The notes under the pieces were generated by a model, which was not told where the DNA came from, did no database searches, and worked only from the letters and a program-made list of their open reading frames with translations. Shown here piece by piece: positions 55,131 through 64,000 of a stretch of 64,000 nucleotides of DNA (positions are counted from its first letter, which is position 1; each line of letters begins with the position of its first letter). The DNA is taken from NCBI GenBank assembly GCA_937992055.1, contig CALKLQ010000004.1:9136-73135 (forward strand), given 5' to 3'. The position numbers and the translations under genes were made by a program. The DNA is from an uncultured Clostridia bacterium. Lineage in GTDB: Bacteria; Bacillota; Clostridia; Christensenellales; UBA1242.

Positions 55131-55655
55131 ATGCTACTTGCTTTGGTAATTATTGAAAGTATTCTTATTATTTTTTTGACTATAGCACTATTAAGGGGCA
55201 AAAAACAGGAAAAGGAAACCTCTTTAAAAGAACTTGACACATCTGCTATTGGAATAAAAGAAAAATATATGTTCAGACAAGAGGTTAAAATGTTGAGAAT
55301 ATTAAATCAAATTTTGCCCTCAAAATATTTGACTCTGCCTAAGGTTTCACTTTCCTGTCTTTTGGAGCCTAGAGGGTCCAAGTTGGTTTATAATAAACTT
55401 GCAACCACATGTGTGGACTTTGTTGTGTTTGAAGAGGCAACCATGGCTCCTGTTTTAATTGTTGATATTTATGACAATTCTTTTTCTGATGAGGCACTAC
55501 TAGAACAGGAACCATTTTTGAATGACATTCTTGAAAAAATTAAGCTTCCTTGCCTAGCCTATCAGTTGAAAGGTGAAATCAACAAGGATGAGGTTAAAAA
55601 ATTAGTTGAAAAGTCCTTAAAGCTTGAAGAGGAAAAGATTGACTCAAAAAATTAG
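55131..55655 (+). CDS. DUF2726-like protein with N-terminal TM helix
   Basis: TM helix LLALVIIESILIIFLTIALL. The pattern FRQEVKMLRILNQILP..Y..LPKVSL..LL...VDFVVFEE...PVLIVDIYD resembles the DUF2726 (restriction-endonuclease-like) pattern. Recalled from memory. Confidence 0.6.
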   Translation: MLLALVIIESILIIFLTIALLRGKKQEKETSLKELDTSAIGIKEKYMFRQEVKMLRILNQILPSKYLTLPKVSLSCLLEPRGSKLVYNKLATTCVDFVVFEEATMAPVLIVDIYDNSFSDEALLEQEPFLNDILEKIKLPCLAYQLKGEINKDEVKKLVEKSLKLEEEKIDSKN

Positions 55656-55722
55656 ATGTAGTATGATACTAAAGCTTTAAAAAATATTAAAAATATAATT
55701 TTATAAATTTGGAGATGACAAA

Positions 55723-57087
55723 ATGATAACGATGGAAAAGCTTATTGGATTTTGCAAGGAAAAGGGTTTCATTTTTCCAGGAAGCGAAATTTATGGTGGT
55801 ATGGCTAATACATGGGACTATGGCCCACTTGGGGTGGAACTTAAAAACAATCTCAAAAGAGAGTGGTGGAAGAAGTTTGTGCAGCAAAGCGAAAACTCTC
55901 ATGGTGTAGATGCTGCCATTTTGATGAATCCAACCGTGTGGGAGGCAAGTGGGCATGTTTCTTCTTTTTCCGATCCATTGATGGATTGCAAAGAGTGTAA
56001 GGCAAGATTTAGAGCGGATAACCTTATAAAAGATTTTACTAAAGGTGAAGTTTCTGGGGACTCGCTTTCTAGTGAGGAAATGGAAAAGTTTGTTAAAGAT
56101 AATAAAATTCCATGCCCAAATTGCAAAAAACATAATTGGACACCAATAAGACAATTTAATTTGATGTTTGAAACTTATAGAGGAGTTATTAAAGATTCAC
56201 AAAATAAAATTTACCTCCGTCCAGAAACCGCTCAAGGAGAGTATGTCAACTTTTTAAATGTTCAAAGAAGCTTAAGATTAAAAGTTCCTTTTGGAATTGC
56301 TCAAATTGGAAAGGCATTTAGGAATGAAATAACTCCAGGGAATTTCACGTTTAGAACAATTGAGTTCGAACAGATGGAACATCAGTGGTTTTGCCACGAG
56401 GGTGAAGATACAAAATTTTATGAACTTTATAAACAAAAGGCTATGGAGTTTTATAAACAAATAGGAATTAAAGAGGAGAATCTTATGTTCCACGACCATG
56501 AAAAGCTGGCATTTTATGCAAAGGCAGCTTGTGATGTGTACTATAGATTTCCTTTTGGTTTTGATGAAATTAATGGTATCCATAATAGAACAAATTATGA
56601 TCTTACCCGTCATGAACAATTTTCTGGCAAAAGCCAACAATATCTTGACCCAATTACAAATGAAAAATTTATTCCATATGTAATTGAAGCCTCATTTGGT
56701 GCGGATAGAATTGCTTTGGCACTATTAGTTGAAGCATTCGATGTTGAAAAGTTGGAAGATGGAAGTGAAAGAGAAATAATGCATTTTGCAAATAATATCG
56801 CTCCTTTTAAGGTTGCAATTCTGCCTCTTATTAAGAAAAATCATTCCGAAAAAGCTCATGAAATATTTGCTCTTGTATCAAAACACTTTAGAACCTTTTA
56901 CGATGAAACTGGAAGCATAGGAAAAAGATATCGTCGTCAAGATAGTATTGGAACCCCTTTTGCCGTAACAATAGATGAGGAAACTTTGCAAAATGGCACG
57001 GTAACAGTTAGAGAACGTGATAGCATGAAACAACAGACTGTAAAACTTGAAAATTTGATAGATTTTTTAAAAACAAATTTAGAGTAA
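55723..57087 (+). CDS. glyQS: glycine--tRNA ligase (homodimeric class II type)
   Basis: IFPGSEIYGG..WDYGPLG N-terminus, FRNEITPGNFTFRTIEFEQME motif 2 region, and C-terminal anticodon-binding domain. Confidence 0.93.
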   Translation: MITMEKLIGFCKEKGFIFPGSEIYGGMANTWDYGPLGVELKNNLKREWWKKFVQQSENSHGVDAAILMNPTVWEASGHVSSFSDPLMDCKECKARFRADNLIKDFTKGEVSGDSLSSEEMEKFVKDNKIPCPNCKKHNWTPIRQFNLMFETYRGVIKDSQNKIYLRPETAQGEYVNFLNVQRSLRLKVPFGIAQIGKAFRNEITPGNFTFRTIEFEQMEHQWFCHEGEDTKFYELYKQKAMEFYKQIGIKEENLMFHDHEKLAFYAKAACDVYYRFPFGFDEINGIHNRTNYDLTRHEQFSGKSQQYLDPITNEKFIPYVIEASFGADRIALALLVEAFDVEKLEDGSEREIMHFANNIAPFKVAILPLIKKNHSEKAHEIFALVSKHFRTFYDETGSIGKRYRRQDSIGTPFAVTIDEETLQNGTVTVRERDSMKQQTVKLENLIDFLKTNLE

Positions 57088-57135
57088 ACTAAAAATGCTA
57101 TTTTATAATTTTGTTTTAAATGATAAACTCAATAT

Positions 57136-57199
57136 AAAAAACGCCTGAAAATAGAACTTTTGTTAAAAGAAAGGTTTTGAACAGTTAGGCGTTTTTTTT
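57136..57199 (+). terminator. terminator after glyQS (long-loop hairpin)
   Basis: aaaaaacgcct ..40 nt containing a small nested hairpin.. aggcgtttttttt. Confidence 0.55.
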
Positions 57200-57253
57200 G
57201 CTTTTATTGTTGTTTTGGCATTTTAACAAAGAATAATATTTGCCGTGCTGGCA

Positions 57254-57281
57254 TTGACAAAAGTTTTCTTTGTGGTAAAAT
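57254..57281 (+). promoter_or_regulatory. sigma-A-type promoter of the LRR protein gene
   Basis: TTGACA, 16-nt spacer, TGgTAAAAT. 13 nt upstream of the ATG at 57294. Confidence 0.55.
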
Positions 57282-57293
57282 CTTTTTAATACC

Positions 57294-60200
57294 ATGAAAA
57301 AAGAGCATAATGATTATATTTGTAAAGAGATAGAAGGCAAAATTGTTTTAGAAAAATATGTTGGGGAAGATGTTAATGTAACTCTTCCTTCCTATATTCA
57401 ATCTCTTGGCGAAGGTTGTTTTTCTGGAACAAAGGTGGAAAGGGTTTGTTTAAATGAAAATATAGACACAATCCCAAAATTTGCCTTTCAAGATTGCGAA
57501 AATTTGAAAGATGTATCTTTAAAAAATATAATTAATATTGAAGATGAAGCTTTCTATGGTTGTTTTAATTTAAATTGTTCGTTTGGTGATAAGCTTTGTA
57601 ATATAGGCGACAGGGCTTTTTCCGGTTGTGGATTTGAAATAGTAGAATTGCCAAAATCACTAAAATCACTTGGTATTGCTGGCTTTAAAAATTGCATAAA
57701 GTTAAAAAATGTGACAATCAATGAACTTCAAGATCTAAATTCACAAGTTTTTGCTGGATGTACAAATTTGGAAAGCGTTAATCTTCCTTATAACTTAAAA
57801 ACAATTGGATGTGAAGCGTTTTTATCCTGTGAAAAACTTAGCCACATTGATTTGAATGAGGGACTGGAAAGTATTGGTGATGGCGCATTTTTTAATTCTG
57901 GACTAGTATGTTTAATCTTGCCTTCAAGTTTAAAAAGCATACAAGATTTCGCCTTTGAAGCCTGTCAATATCTTCAAGAGGTTATCTTTTCACAAGGAAT
58001 TGTTTTTTTAGGAAGAGAGGCTTTTAAAGACTGCGTGAATTTAATAAAAGTAAATCTTAATGGTGAAATTCAAAAACTCAATGACTATGTTTTTGCAAAT
58101 TGCTCTAAATTAAAACAAGTTACCTTGTCAAAAGGCGTAAAAGAGATAGGATGTAAAGCCTTTGCCGGTTGTAAAAGCTTGCAAATAATAGTTTTTTGTG
58201 AAGAGTTAGAAAGAATTTGTGAAAGTGCTTTTAGTGGTTGTATTTCTTTAATAGAAATAGAACTTAAAAATGTCAAATATGTTGAAAGAAAGGCCTTTTT
58301 TAATTGCCTGTCATTGGAAAAAATAGAATTCCCAAAAATAATGCTTTCTCTTGGCGCATTCGCATTTAAAAATTGTGTAAAGTTAAAAGTTGTCAAACTC
58401 CCTAATGGTCTATTAGAAATTAAAGCTGGAACATTTTCTGAATGTTATTCGCTAGAAAGTGTTATCATTTCAAAAAATGTAAGAAAACTTTGTGCAGATG
58501 CATTTAGTCACTGTGGAAAATTAAATGAGGTAACATTCTTAGGTGATTGTGAAATATTTGAAGAAAATGTCTTTTCAAACAGCGGCTTGACTAAAATAGA
58601 TTTGCCAAAAAAATTAAAAAAGATTGGTGCAAATTGCTTTGAAAGTTTAAGAAAACTTGAGTATGTGAACTTTAATGAGGAACTGATTGAAATTGATGAA
58701 GGCGCTTTTAAAAATTGTAGTGCATTAAAAAATGTAATTTTTTATGATAATTTAACAAAAGTTGGGGCATTTTGTTTTGAGGGTTGCATAAGTCTTTATA
58801 AGGTCAGGTTTGGGAAAAATCTAAAGTTTCTTAATAACAATACATTTTTTGGATGCTCTTCGCTTGAAAGCATTAGTCTTTATTATATAGAATATTTAGG
58901 GAAAAGTGTTTTTGAAAATTGTATAAATTTAGAAAATGTAGAATTTAATTTCATGATTTTAAAAACTATTGGTGATTATTGCTTTAAAAACACTTCTTTA
59001 AAACAACTCGAGGTTCCAAATTGTTGGATAGGCGATTATGCTTTTGCAAATTGTGTTAAACTTTATAGGGTGAGTATTTTATATTCTACCACTTTTTCTA
59101 TAGGCGCTTTTTCAGGTTGTATAAATCTTGAGGAAGTTACCTTAGCGTCAGGTTGTGGCAAGCTTGGTGAAAATGTATTTGAAAATTGTTACTCATTGAA
59201 AAATATAAAAGTGCCAAAGAGTGTTGGCAATTTAATGTCAAAAAGTTTTTTTGGATGTTACTCGCTAAAACATGTTGAACTTGAAAATGGTATTTTTGAA
59301 ATAGGCTCCAACTGTTTTGAGAATTGTAGTAGTTTAGAGGAAATTGTTTTACCACAGTCAATGAACGATGTTGGTGAAAAGGCATTTTGGAATTGTAGCA
59401 ATTTAAAAAGGGTGGAATTTCCTCAAGATTTAAAAATGCAAAATCAAGTGTTTTCAAATAATTTTAACACCTGCTTATACTTTGATGACAGTTTTGTTGC
59501 AGTTTTAGGCAATGATTTAAAGCAGCAACCGAATTCAACCAAGGTGGACTTTAATAAACTTAAAAAAGTTGTAGAAAATTTTAGGTTTGAAGACCTATTC
59601 AAAGGGATTGACCTAAAAGAATTTTTGCAGCTTTCTAAAAAAATGAAAAAGCTTAACTTTGCCTTTCCTCTTGAATTTTTGTTAAAGTTAAAAAACAAAA
59701 ATTGTCTTGACAAACTAATTAAAAATGGTGAGTTTACTATTTTTAATAATGAGTTTATAGGTCTTACACATGTTTTTTCAAGTTTAGATAGCATAAACAA
59801 AATTGCTTTTTTTAAGATGTCTTTAATCTTTGGATGCTTTAGCAACGAAATTGTTTACAACATGAAAAAATCTACAACCATGATGAAGTGTCAACTTGCA
59901 AGCAGAACCTTGGCTCATATTTGCAAAGCTAACGTCTTTGGTGGAAATTATGCTCTTCTTTTTGACAGTATCCCATTCCAAACTGAGGCAAAAGAAGACT
60001 TTATTAAGTTTGTTGGCGAAACAAAAAACGATAGGTTTGAAAATTTAGAAATGCTTTTAAACCTAGAACTTAGTTATCAAAAAATATTTTTTGTTACCTT
60101 AAAAAACTTTGAAAAGGTTAAAACCATGAGGGTTGTTACTGGGGAAAAGGGTAATCCTGAAAAGGTCTCATGGGAAAGGGCGGTACTTCGCAATTATTTG

Positions 60201-60989
60201 GGTCAGAATTACAGCAACATAGATGATGAAAATAAGGAGCTTGCCAATGTCTTTTTTCAAAAGGGAGTTTCTCAGTATATATTCGATGAGGCAAGCAGGT
60301 TGATAAAATATTCAAAAAAGAAAAATTTGCCTTCCCATCTTCTTGGAAAAGAGCTAAAGGAAATTAAATTTAACGAAAGCATTAGTGCGCACGAAAAATT
60401 GTTGAGGGAAACTTCGAAAAACCAAATGGAACTGGCAAAGTCGTTTAAGGATAATTTTACTTACGAATGGCTGGATAGATATGACCCTAAAAACTTAGTT
60501 TTAGGTCATTACACAAGTTGTTGCGGAAGTATTACAAGCACGCACTATGGCAGAAATATTGCAATTGCAAGTGTGGAAAGCGAATATGTTCAAAGCTTGG
60601 TTGTTGTTGACAATTTTAATGATATAGTTGCAAAAGGAACCATGTATTTAAATAGTGATTTGGGCTACGCAGTTTTAAATGACTTTGAGGTTAACGCTTT
60701 GTATCTTAATAAAACGGAAAGTGAAAACAAAATTTTTGATGCTTTTGTTCGTGGCGTAAAAGCGTTTGTAAAAGAATATGACAAACAAAACCCGTCAAAT
60801 CCTCTAAGGCAGGTTAATGTTGGTGGTGGAAATAATAAATTAATTGATATATGTGAAAAGAGATGTGAAAAATCTAATTTGATATTTGAGGTTCCAAGCA
60901 ATTTTGAGTTTCAAGACGCACAGGTTGACCAATTTGTTATTTATCAAAATAAAAATGGAAAATTGTTAGATTGTGAACTTACTTTTTAA
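57294..60989 (+). CDS. BspA-type leucine-rich-repeat protein with a large uncharacterised C-terminal region
   Basis: About 28 tandem units of 23-25 aa of the form L..v.lp..l..IG..aF..C..L over aa 30-710. No signal peptide. aa 720-1231 are non-repetitive and contain LGHYTSCCGSITSTHYG. Confidence 0.85.
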   Translation: MKKEHNDYICKEIEGKIVLEKYVGEDVNVTLPSYIQSLGEGCFSGTKVERVCLNENIDTIPKFAFQDCENLKDVSLKNIINIEDEAFYGCFNLNCSFGDKLCNIGDRAFSGCGFEIVELPKSLKSLGIAGFKNCIKLKNVTINELQDLNSQVFAGCTNLESVNLPYNLKTIGCEAFLSCEKLSHIDLNEGLESIGDGAFFNSGLVCLILPSSLKSIQDFAFEACQYLQEVIFSQGIVFLGREAFKDCVNLIKVNLNGEIQKLNDYVFANCSKLKQVTLSKGVKEIGCKAFAGCKSLQIIVFCEELERICESAFSGCISLIEIELKNVKYVERKAFFNCLSLEKIEFPKIMLSLGAFAFKNCVKLKVVKLPNGLLEIKAGTFSECYSLESVIISKNVRKLCADAFSHCGKLNEVTFLGDCEIFEENVFSNSGLTKIDLPKKLKKIGANCFESLRKLEYVNFNEELIEIDEGAFKNCSALKNVIFYDNLTKVGAFCFEGCISLYKVRFGKNLKFLNNNTFFGCSSLESISLYYIEYLGKSVFENCINLENVEFNFMILKTIGDYCFKNTSLKQLEVPNCWIGDYAFANCVKLYRVSILYSTTFSIGAFSGCINLEEVTLASGCGKLGENVFENCYSLKNIKVPKSVGNLMSKSFFGCYSLKHVELENGIFEIGSNCFENCSSLEEIVLPQSMNDVGEKAFWNCSNLKRVEFPQDLKMQNQVFSNNFNTCLYFDDSFVAVLGNDLKQQPNSTKVDFNKLKKVVENFRFEDLFKGIDLKEFLQLSKKMKKLNFAFPLEFLLKLKNKNCLDKLIKNGEFTIFNNEFIGLTHVFSSLDSINKIAFFKMSLIFGCFSNEIVYNMKKSTTMMKCQLASRTLAHICKANVFGGNYALLFDSIPFQTEAKEDFIKFVGETKNDRFENLEMLLNLELSYQKIFFVTLKNFEKVKTMRVVTGEKGNPEKVSWERAVLRNYLGQNYSNIDDENKELANVFFQKGVSQYIFDEASRLIKYSKKKNLPSHLLGKELKEIKFNESISAHEKLLRETSKNQMELAKSFKDNFTYEWLDRYDPKNLVLGHYTSCCGSITSTHYGRNIAIASVESEYVQSLVVVDNFNDIVAKGTMYLNSDLGYAVLNDFEVNALYLNKTESENKIFDAFVRGVKAFVKEYDKQNPSNPLRQVNVGGGNNKLIDICEKRCEKSNLIFEVPSNFEFQDAQVDQFVIYQNKNGKLLDCELTF

Positions 60990-61059
60990 GACAACATTTT
61001 AATGACATTTTTTTACATTAAAAAACTAAAGTATAGTTTTGTGCTAATTTTTGTATTTA

Positions 61060-61090
61060 GGTTGAAGAAATTTTTTCTTTAACCTTTTTT
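61060..61090 (+). terminator. terminator after the LRR gene
   Basis: ggttgaagaaa-ttt-tttctttaacc followed by tttttt. Confidence 0.6.
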
Positions 61091-61287
61091 GTTGCAGATA
61101 AAATAGATTAGAAAATATTTTTTTAAGCATACGTTTTTATATTGAACGCATTATGGAAAAATTTATGATTGCTTTTCCAAACTTTTGTATTTTTAAATTA
61201 TTTCGTAAAAATTAATTAAGATTATAAATGTTTTTTGAATAAGATTGTTAATTTTACAAAAGAGGCTAATCAATAAAAATTGATTGA

Positions 61288-62124
61288 CTAGCCCTTTATT
61301 TTTTGAAGTAATTGACTTGTTGAATAGTCGCCTCTTCTGTTGAATCTTCCAAGATTTAACAGGCATGAGGGGTTATTTTTTTGTATTATATTAACCTTTT
61401 CCGTGCAAGTTAAAAGCATTTTAAAATTCATTGAAGTTAAAATATTTTTTGAAAGTTCGTTATATTTTCCAAAAGGATAGGCAAACACGCTTGTCATTAT
61501 GTGCGCCTTTTCTTCCATTTTAAGAAGAAGTTTTTCTGTGTCGCTTTCTAATGACTTTTTGTAATCTTCATCACTCTCGTTCCAAAGTTGACCAATGCCA
61601 TATCTTGGCTCATATTTGTGCATGTCATAGGTGTGGTGACCAATTTCAAAATTTCCACTGTCTTTTAAAATTTTAACTTCCTCCCAGGAGAGGTATGAAT
61701 AGTTTGGGTTTGGCTTTTCACCATTTTCACTTTCATCATCTGTAATTTTTCCAATTATGTTTATGTTAGCCTTAAAGCCCTGTTTTTGCAAGATAGGAAG
61801 ACCATAATATAAATTGTTATAATACCCATCGTCAAATGTTATTAAAACAGGCTTTTTAGGTAGCTTGCCTTTTCCATAGACATAATCAATAACTTCGGAA
61901 GGGAAAACGCTAGTGTAGCCCTCATCATGTAATGCTTCTAAATCTGAAGAAAGTTGTCTTTCTGAAACGATATAAGTTCCCTGTCTGCTATTTAAAATGG
62001 TGTGATACATAATTATAGGTAAAACAACCTCTTGTTCCGCAAAACATATATTTGGTGTGAGGCTAAAATATAAACAAATTAATAATAAAAATGTTATAAA
62101 TTTTTTCATGTTTTTATTATGCAT
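61288..62124 (-). CDS. polysaccharide deacetylase (NodB homology domain), secreted
   Basis: Signal peptide, ITFDDGY and GHHTYDMH motifs. Confidence 0.85.
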   Translation of the reverse strand: MHNKNMKKFITFLLLICLYFSLTPNICFAEQEVVLPIIMYHTILNSRQGTYIVSERQLSSDLEALHDEGYTSVFPSEVIDYVYGKGKLPKKPVLITFDDGYYNNLYYGLPILQKQGFKANINIIGKITDDESENGEKPNPNYSYLSWEEVKILKDSGNFEIGHHTYDMHKYEPRYGIGQLWNESDEDYKKSLESDTEKLLLKMEEKAHIMTSVFAYPFGKYNELSKNILTSMNFKMLLTCTEKVNIIQKNNPSCLLNLGRFNRRGDYSTSQLLQKIKG

Positions 62125-62228
62125 AAAATGACAAAAAATATTAATTAATTAATTTTTTCATTGTTTTAGCTTTTAAAAACTATTTTTATAACATTTTTCC
62201 TTAATATTAATTTAATAATTTTAAAATA

Positions 62229-63080
62229 TCAAAATGCGTTTCCGCCATCGTTTATATATAAAATTCCAAGAGTGTTTTCTCCGCAATGACTGGAAATGGT
62301 TGCTCCTGCTGTGGTTTTGTAAATTTCTTGAAACCCTTTGTCTTTTAATATATTTTCAATTTGTGAGGTGAGGCTTTCAGTTGAGGTTGTATAGGTAATA
62401 AACACCCTTTTCTTATCTGGGTTATTGAATTCTTTAAGAGTATCATTTACGTAATCTAATGTAACCTTCTCTAGTCCTCCTCGATATTTATGTCCTGAAG
62501 TCATCTTTCCATCTTTCACCAAAATTTGTGGATGTAATTTCAATAGGTTTGCGCCAAAATAAACAAGAGCATTACATCTGCCACCCTTGTAAAGATAATC
62601 AAGTCTGTCCAGCACAAAACTGGCTTGAACAAAATATACACGTCTTTTAATTTTTTCAAATATTTCTTTTGCAGTCAATCCTTTTTTTATTAGATCGTAT
62701 GCAGATAATGCCAAAAGAGCAATGCTGGTAGATAATGAACGTGTGTCAATCACAAAAACATTATTAAATTTTTCACTAGCAATTTTAGCGTTTTCACATG
62801 CGCTACTAATTTCACTTGAAAGAGAGAAGTGTATTACAGCATCATAATCTTTTAAAAGACTTTCAAAGTGTTCTTGAAATTGAAATGTATTTACCGCACT
62901 TGTTTTTGGAAGGGTTTTGGTTTTATCAACAAATTCAAAAATATTTTTTGGAGAAATATCTTTATCCAAAAAGCTTTCTTCACCTAAATTAATCGTAAAT
63001 TGAACAACTTTAATGTCATATTTTTCAATAAGCTCTGGCGTAAGGTCAATTGTACTCTCCGCCGAAATAGCAATTTTCAT
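62229..63080 (-). CDS. degV: DegV-family fatty-acid-binding protein
   Basis: 283 aa. MKIAISAESTIDL start and C-terminal ATISSHCGENTLG, typical of DegV. Confidence 0.9.
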   Translation of the reverse strand: MKIAISAESTIDLTPELIEKYDIKVVQFTINLGEESFLDKDISPKNIFEFVDKTKTLPKTSAVNTFQFQEHFESLLKDYDAVIHFSLSSEISSACENAKIASEKFNNVFVIDTRSLSTSIALLALSAYDLIKKGLTAKEIFEKIKRRVYFVQASFVLDRLDYLYKGGRCNALVYFGANLLKLHPQILVKDGKMTSGHKYRGGLEKVTLDYVNDTLKEFNNPDKKRVFITYTTSTESLTSQIENILKDKGFQEIYKTTAGATISSHCGENTLGILYINDGGNAF

Positions 63081-63426
63081 TTCATCCTCCTTTGATGGAC
63101 TTATTATATAAAATTTTAATACAATTGTTCTCCACTAATTGTTTTTTTATTTCCACCCTTTTAAAATTTTTTAGTAGAGAGAATTTTTTGCAACTCTACT
63201 ATTAATAGAAGGGTGATTTTGATATAGTACTATTATTTTTATTGAATTTTTTTTGGCTATTTATTATCAATGGTTTTATCATAACTTTTTTTATTGTTAT
63301 GAGAAAGTTGTTAATTATTTGCAAAAATTTGTTAGTGATGATATCATAGGTTATGATGCTTGTTTTACTTGCAAATCAAGTTTGTTTACATAAAAACCAT
63401 AGCTACCCAATGCATCATAGTTTTAA

Positions 63427-63470
63427 AACATCAGTTTTGTTTGAATGAGCTTTAAGGCGCTTTCAGATAA
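63427..63470. repeat. repeat family 2, core-only copy E
   Basis: aacatcagttttgtttgaatgagctttaaggcgctttcagataa aligns with 42571-42613. It ends 28 nt upstream of the ATG at 63498. Confidence 0.55.
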
Positions 63471-63497
63471 CTTTAGTTATAAGAGGTTTTTGCATTA

Positions 63498-64000
63498 ATG
63501 GAAGAAAATTTTAAGGATATTGTTGCAAATAATTTAATTTTATATAGAAAGGAAAGAAAATTGACTCAGGCGGAGCTTGCCGAAAAACTCAATTATTCTG
63601 ATAAATCTATTTCAAAATGGGAAAGGGGTGAGTCTTTGCCTGATTTAGAAATAATGAAAAAACTTGCCGATCTTTATGGAATAAAAGTAGATGATTTTTT
63701 TTCTCATAAAAATGTTAAAACGGTCAAAAAAAACAGAAGCAATTTGAAGCATTTAATAATTTCTATACTATCAATACTTCTTGTTTGGTTGGTTGCAATC
63801 ATCTGCTTTGTATGTTTACACATATTTTTGCCATCTTATACTAATGGTTGGTTGTTCTTTATTTACTCCATACCGGCTTCATGCATTGTTGCGCTAGTTT
63901 TTTCTTGTATTTGGGGAAAAAGATGTATTACAGCTAGCATTTGTACCCTACTAGTCTGGACCCTATTGCTATCTATTTATCTAAGCATTGATGCGGTTAA
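63498..64000 (+). CDS. XRE-family HTH protein with C-terminal TM segments (3' end outside the window)
   Basis: My translation is MEENFKDIVANNLILYRKERKLTQAELAEKLNYSDKSISKWERGESLPDLEIMKKLADLYGIKVDDFF..., followed by hydrophobic helices. The frame is open to the window end. It is absent from the ORF track because no stop codon is reached. Confidence 0.75.
   Translation, partial: MEENFKDIVANNLILYRKERKLTQAELAEKLNYSDKSISKWERGESLPDLEIMKKLADLYGIKVDDFFSHKNVKTVKKNRSNLKHLIISILSILLVWLVAIICFVCLHIFLPSYTNGWLFFIYSIPASCIVALVFSCIWGKRCITASICTLLVWTLLLSIYLSIDAV

Noticed and set aside
1-64000. CRISPR arrays, rRNA genes, reverse transcriptases (retron, DGR, group II intron), integrases and prophage structural genes
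   Set aside because: I found no regularly spaced direct repeats, no rRNA-like conserved stretches, and no ORF with RT, tyrosine or serine recombinase, or capsid or terminase motifs. The only transposase-related sequence is the degraded IS3 remnant.

Overview
AT-rich (roughly one third GC by eye, not computed), densely coding chromosomal segment that uses the standard genetic code. It looks like an endospore-forming Firmicute, probably Clostridia-like, because it carries spoIIP, a three-gene GerA-type germinant receptor operon, whiA, comEC-holA, addBA and a PHP-type DnaE. Most of the window is housekeeping: ftsH, addBA, tmk, trpS, dtd, murB, whiA, dnaE, pfkA, gmk, holA, comEC, gltX, ung, glyQS and degV. 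These are interspersed with many lineage-specific lipoproteins and membrane-anchored proteins of unknown function. The non-core content has six parts. (1) A decayed accessory patch around tRNA-Ser(CGA) at about 18.1-23.2 kb holds an IS3-family remnant, a truncated SLOG-like gene, long palindromic elements, a tandem XRE pair with one copy frameshifted, and radC. (2) At least three families of structured intergenic repeats (MITE/REP-like) are present. One copy is flanked by a duplicated terminator hairpin, and another family occurs as an inverted pair bracketing 8.7 kb. (3) A minus-strand operon places four unknown envelope proteins ahead of gltX. (4) A self-contained two-gene module of unknown function lies next to ung. 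(5) A 1231-aa signal-less BspA-type LRR protein carries a 500-aa uncharacterised C-terminal region. (6) There is a stand-alone HTH-Fic protein and an orphan HipB-like regulator. I saw no CRISPR array, rRNA, intact transposase or integrase, prophage, reverse transcriptase, or recognisable named multi-gene defence system. All family assignments rest on motif recognition by eye and should be confirmed with HMM searches. Coordinates of non-ORF features may be off by 1-2 nt.
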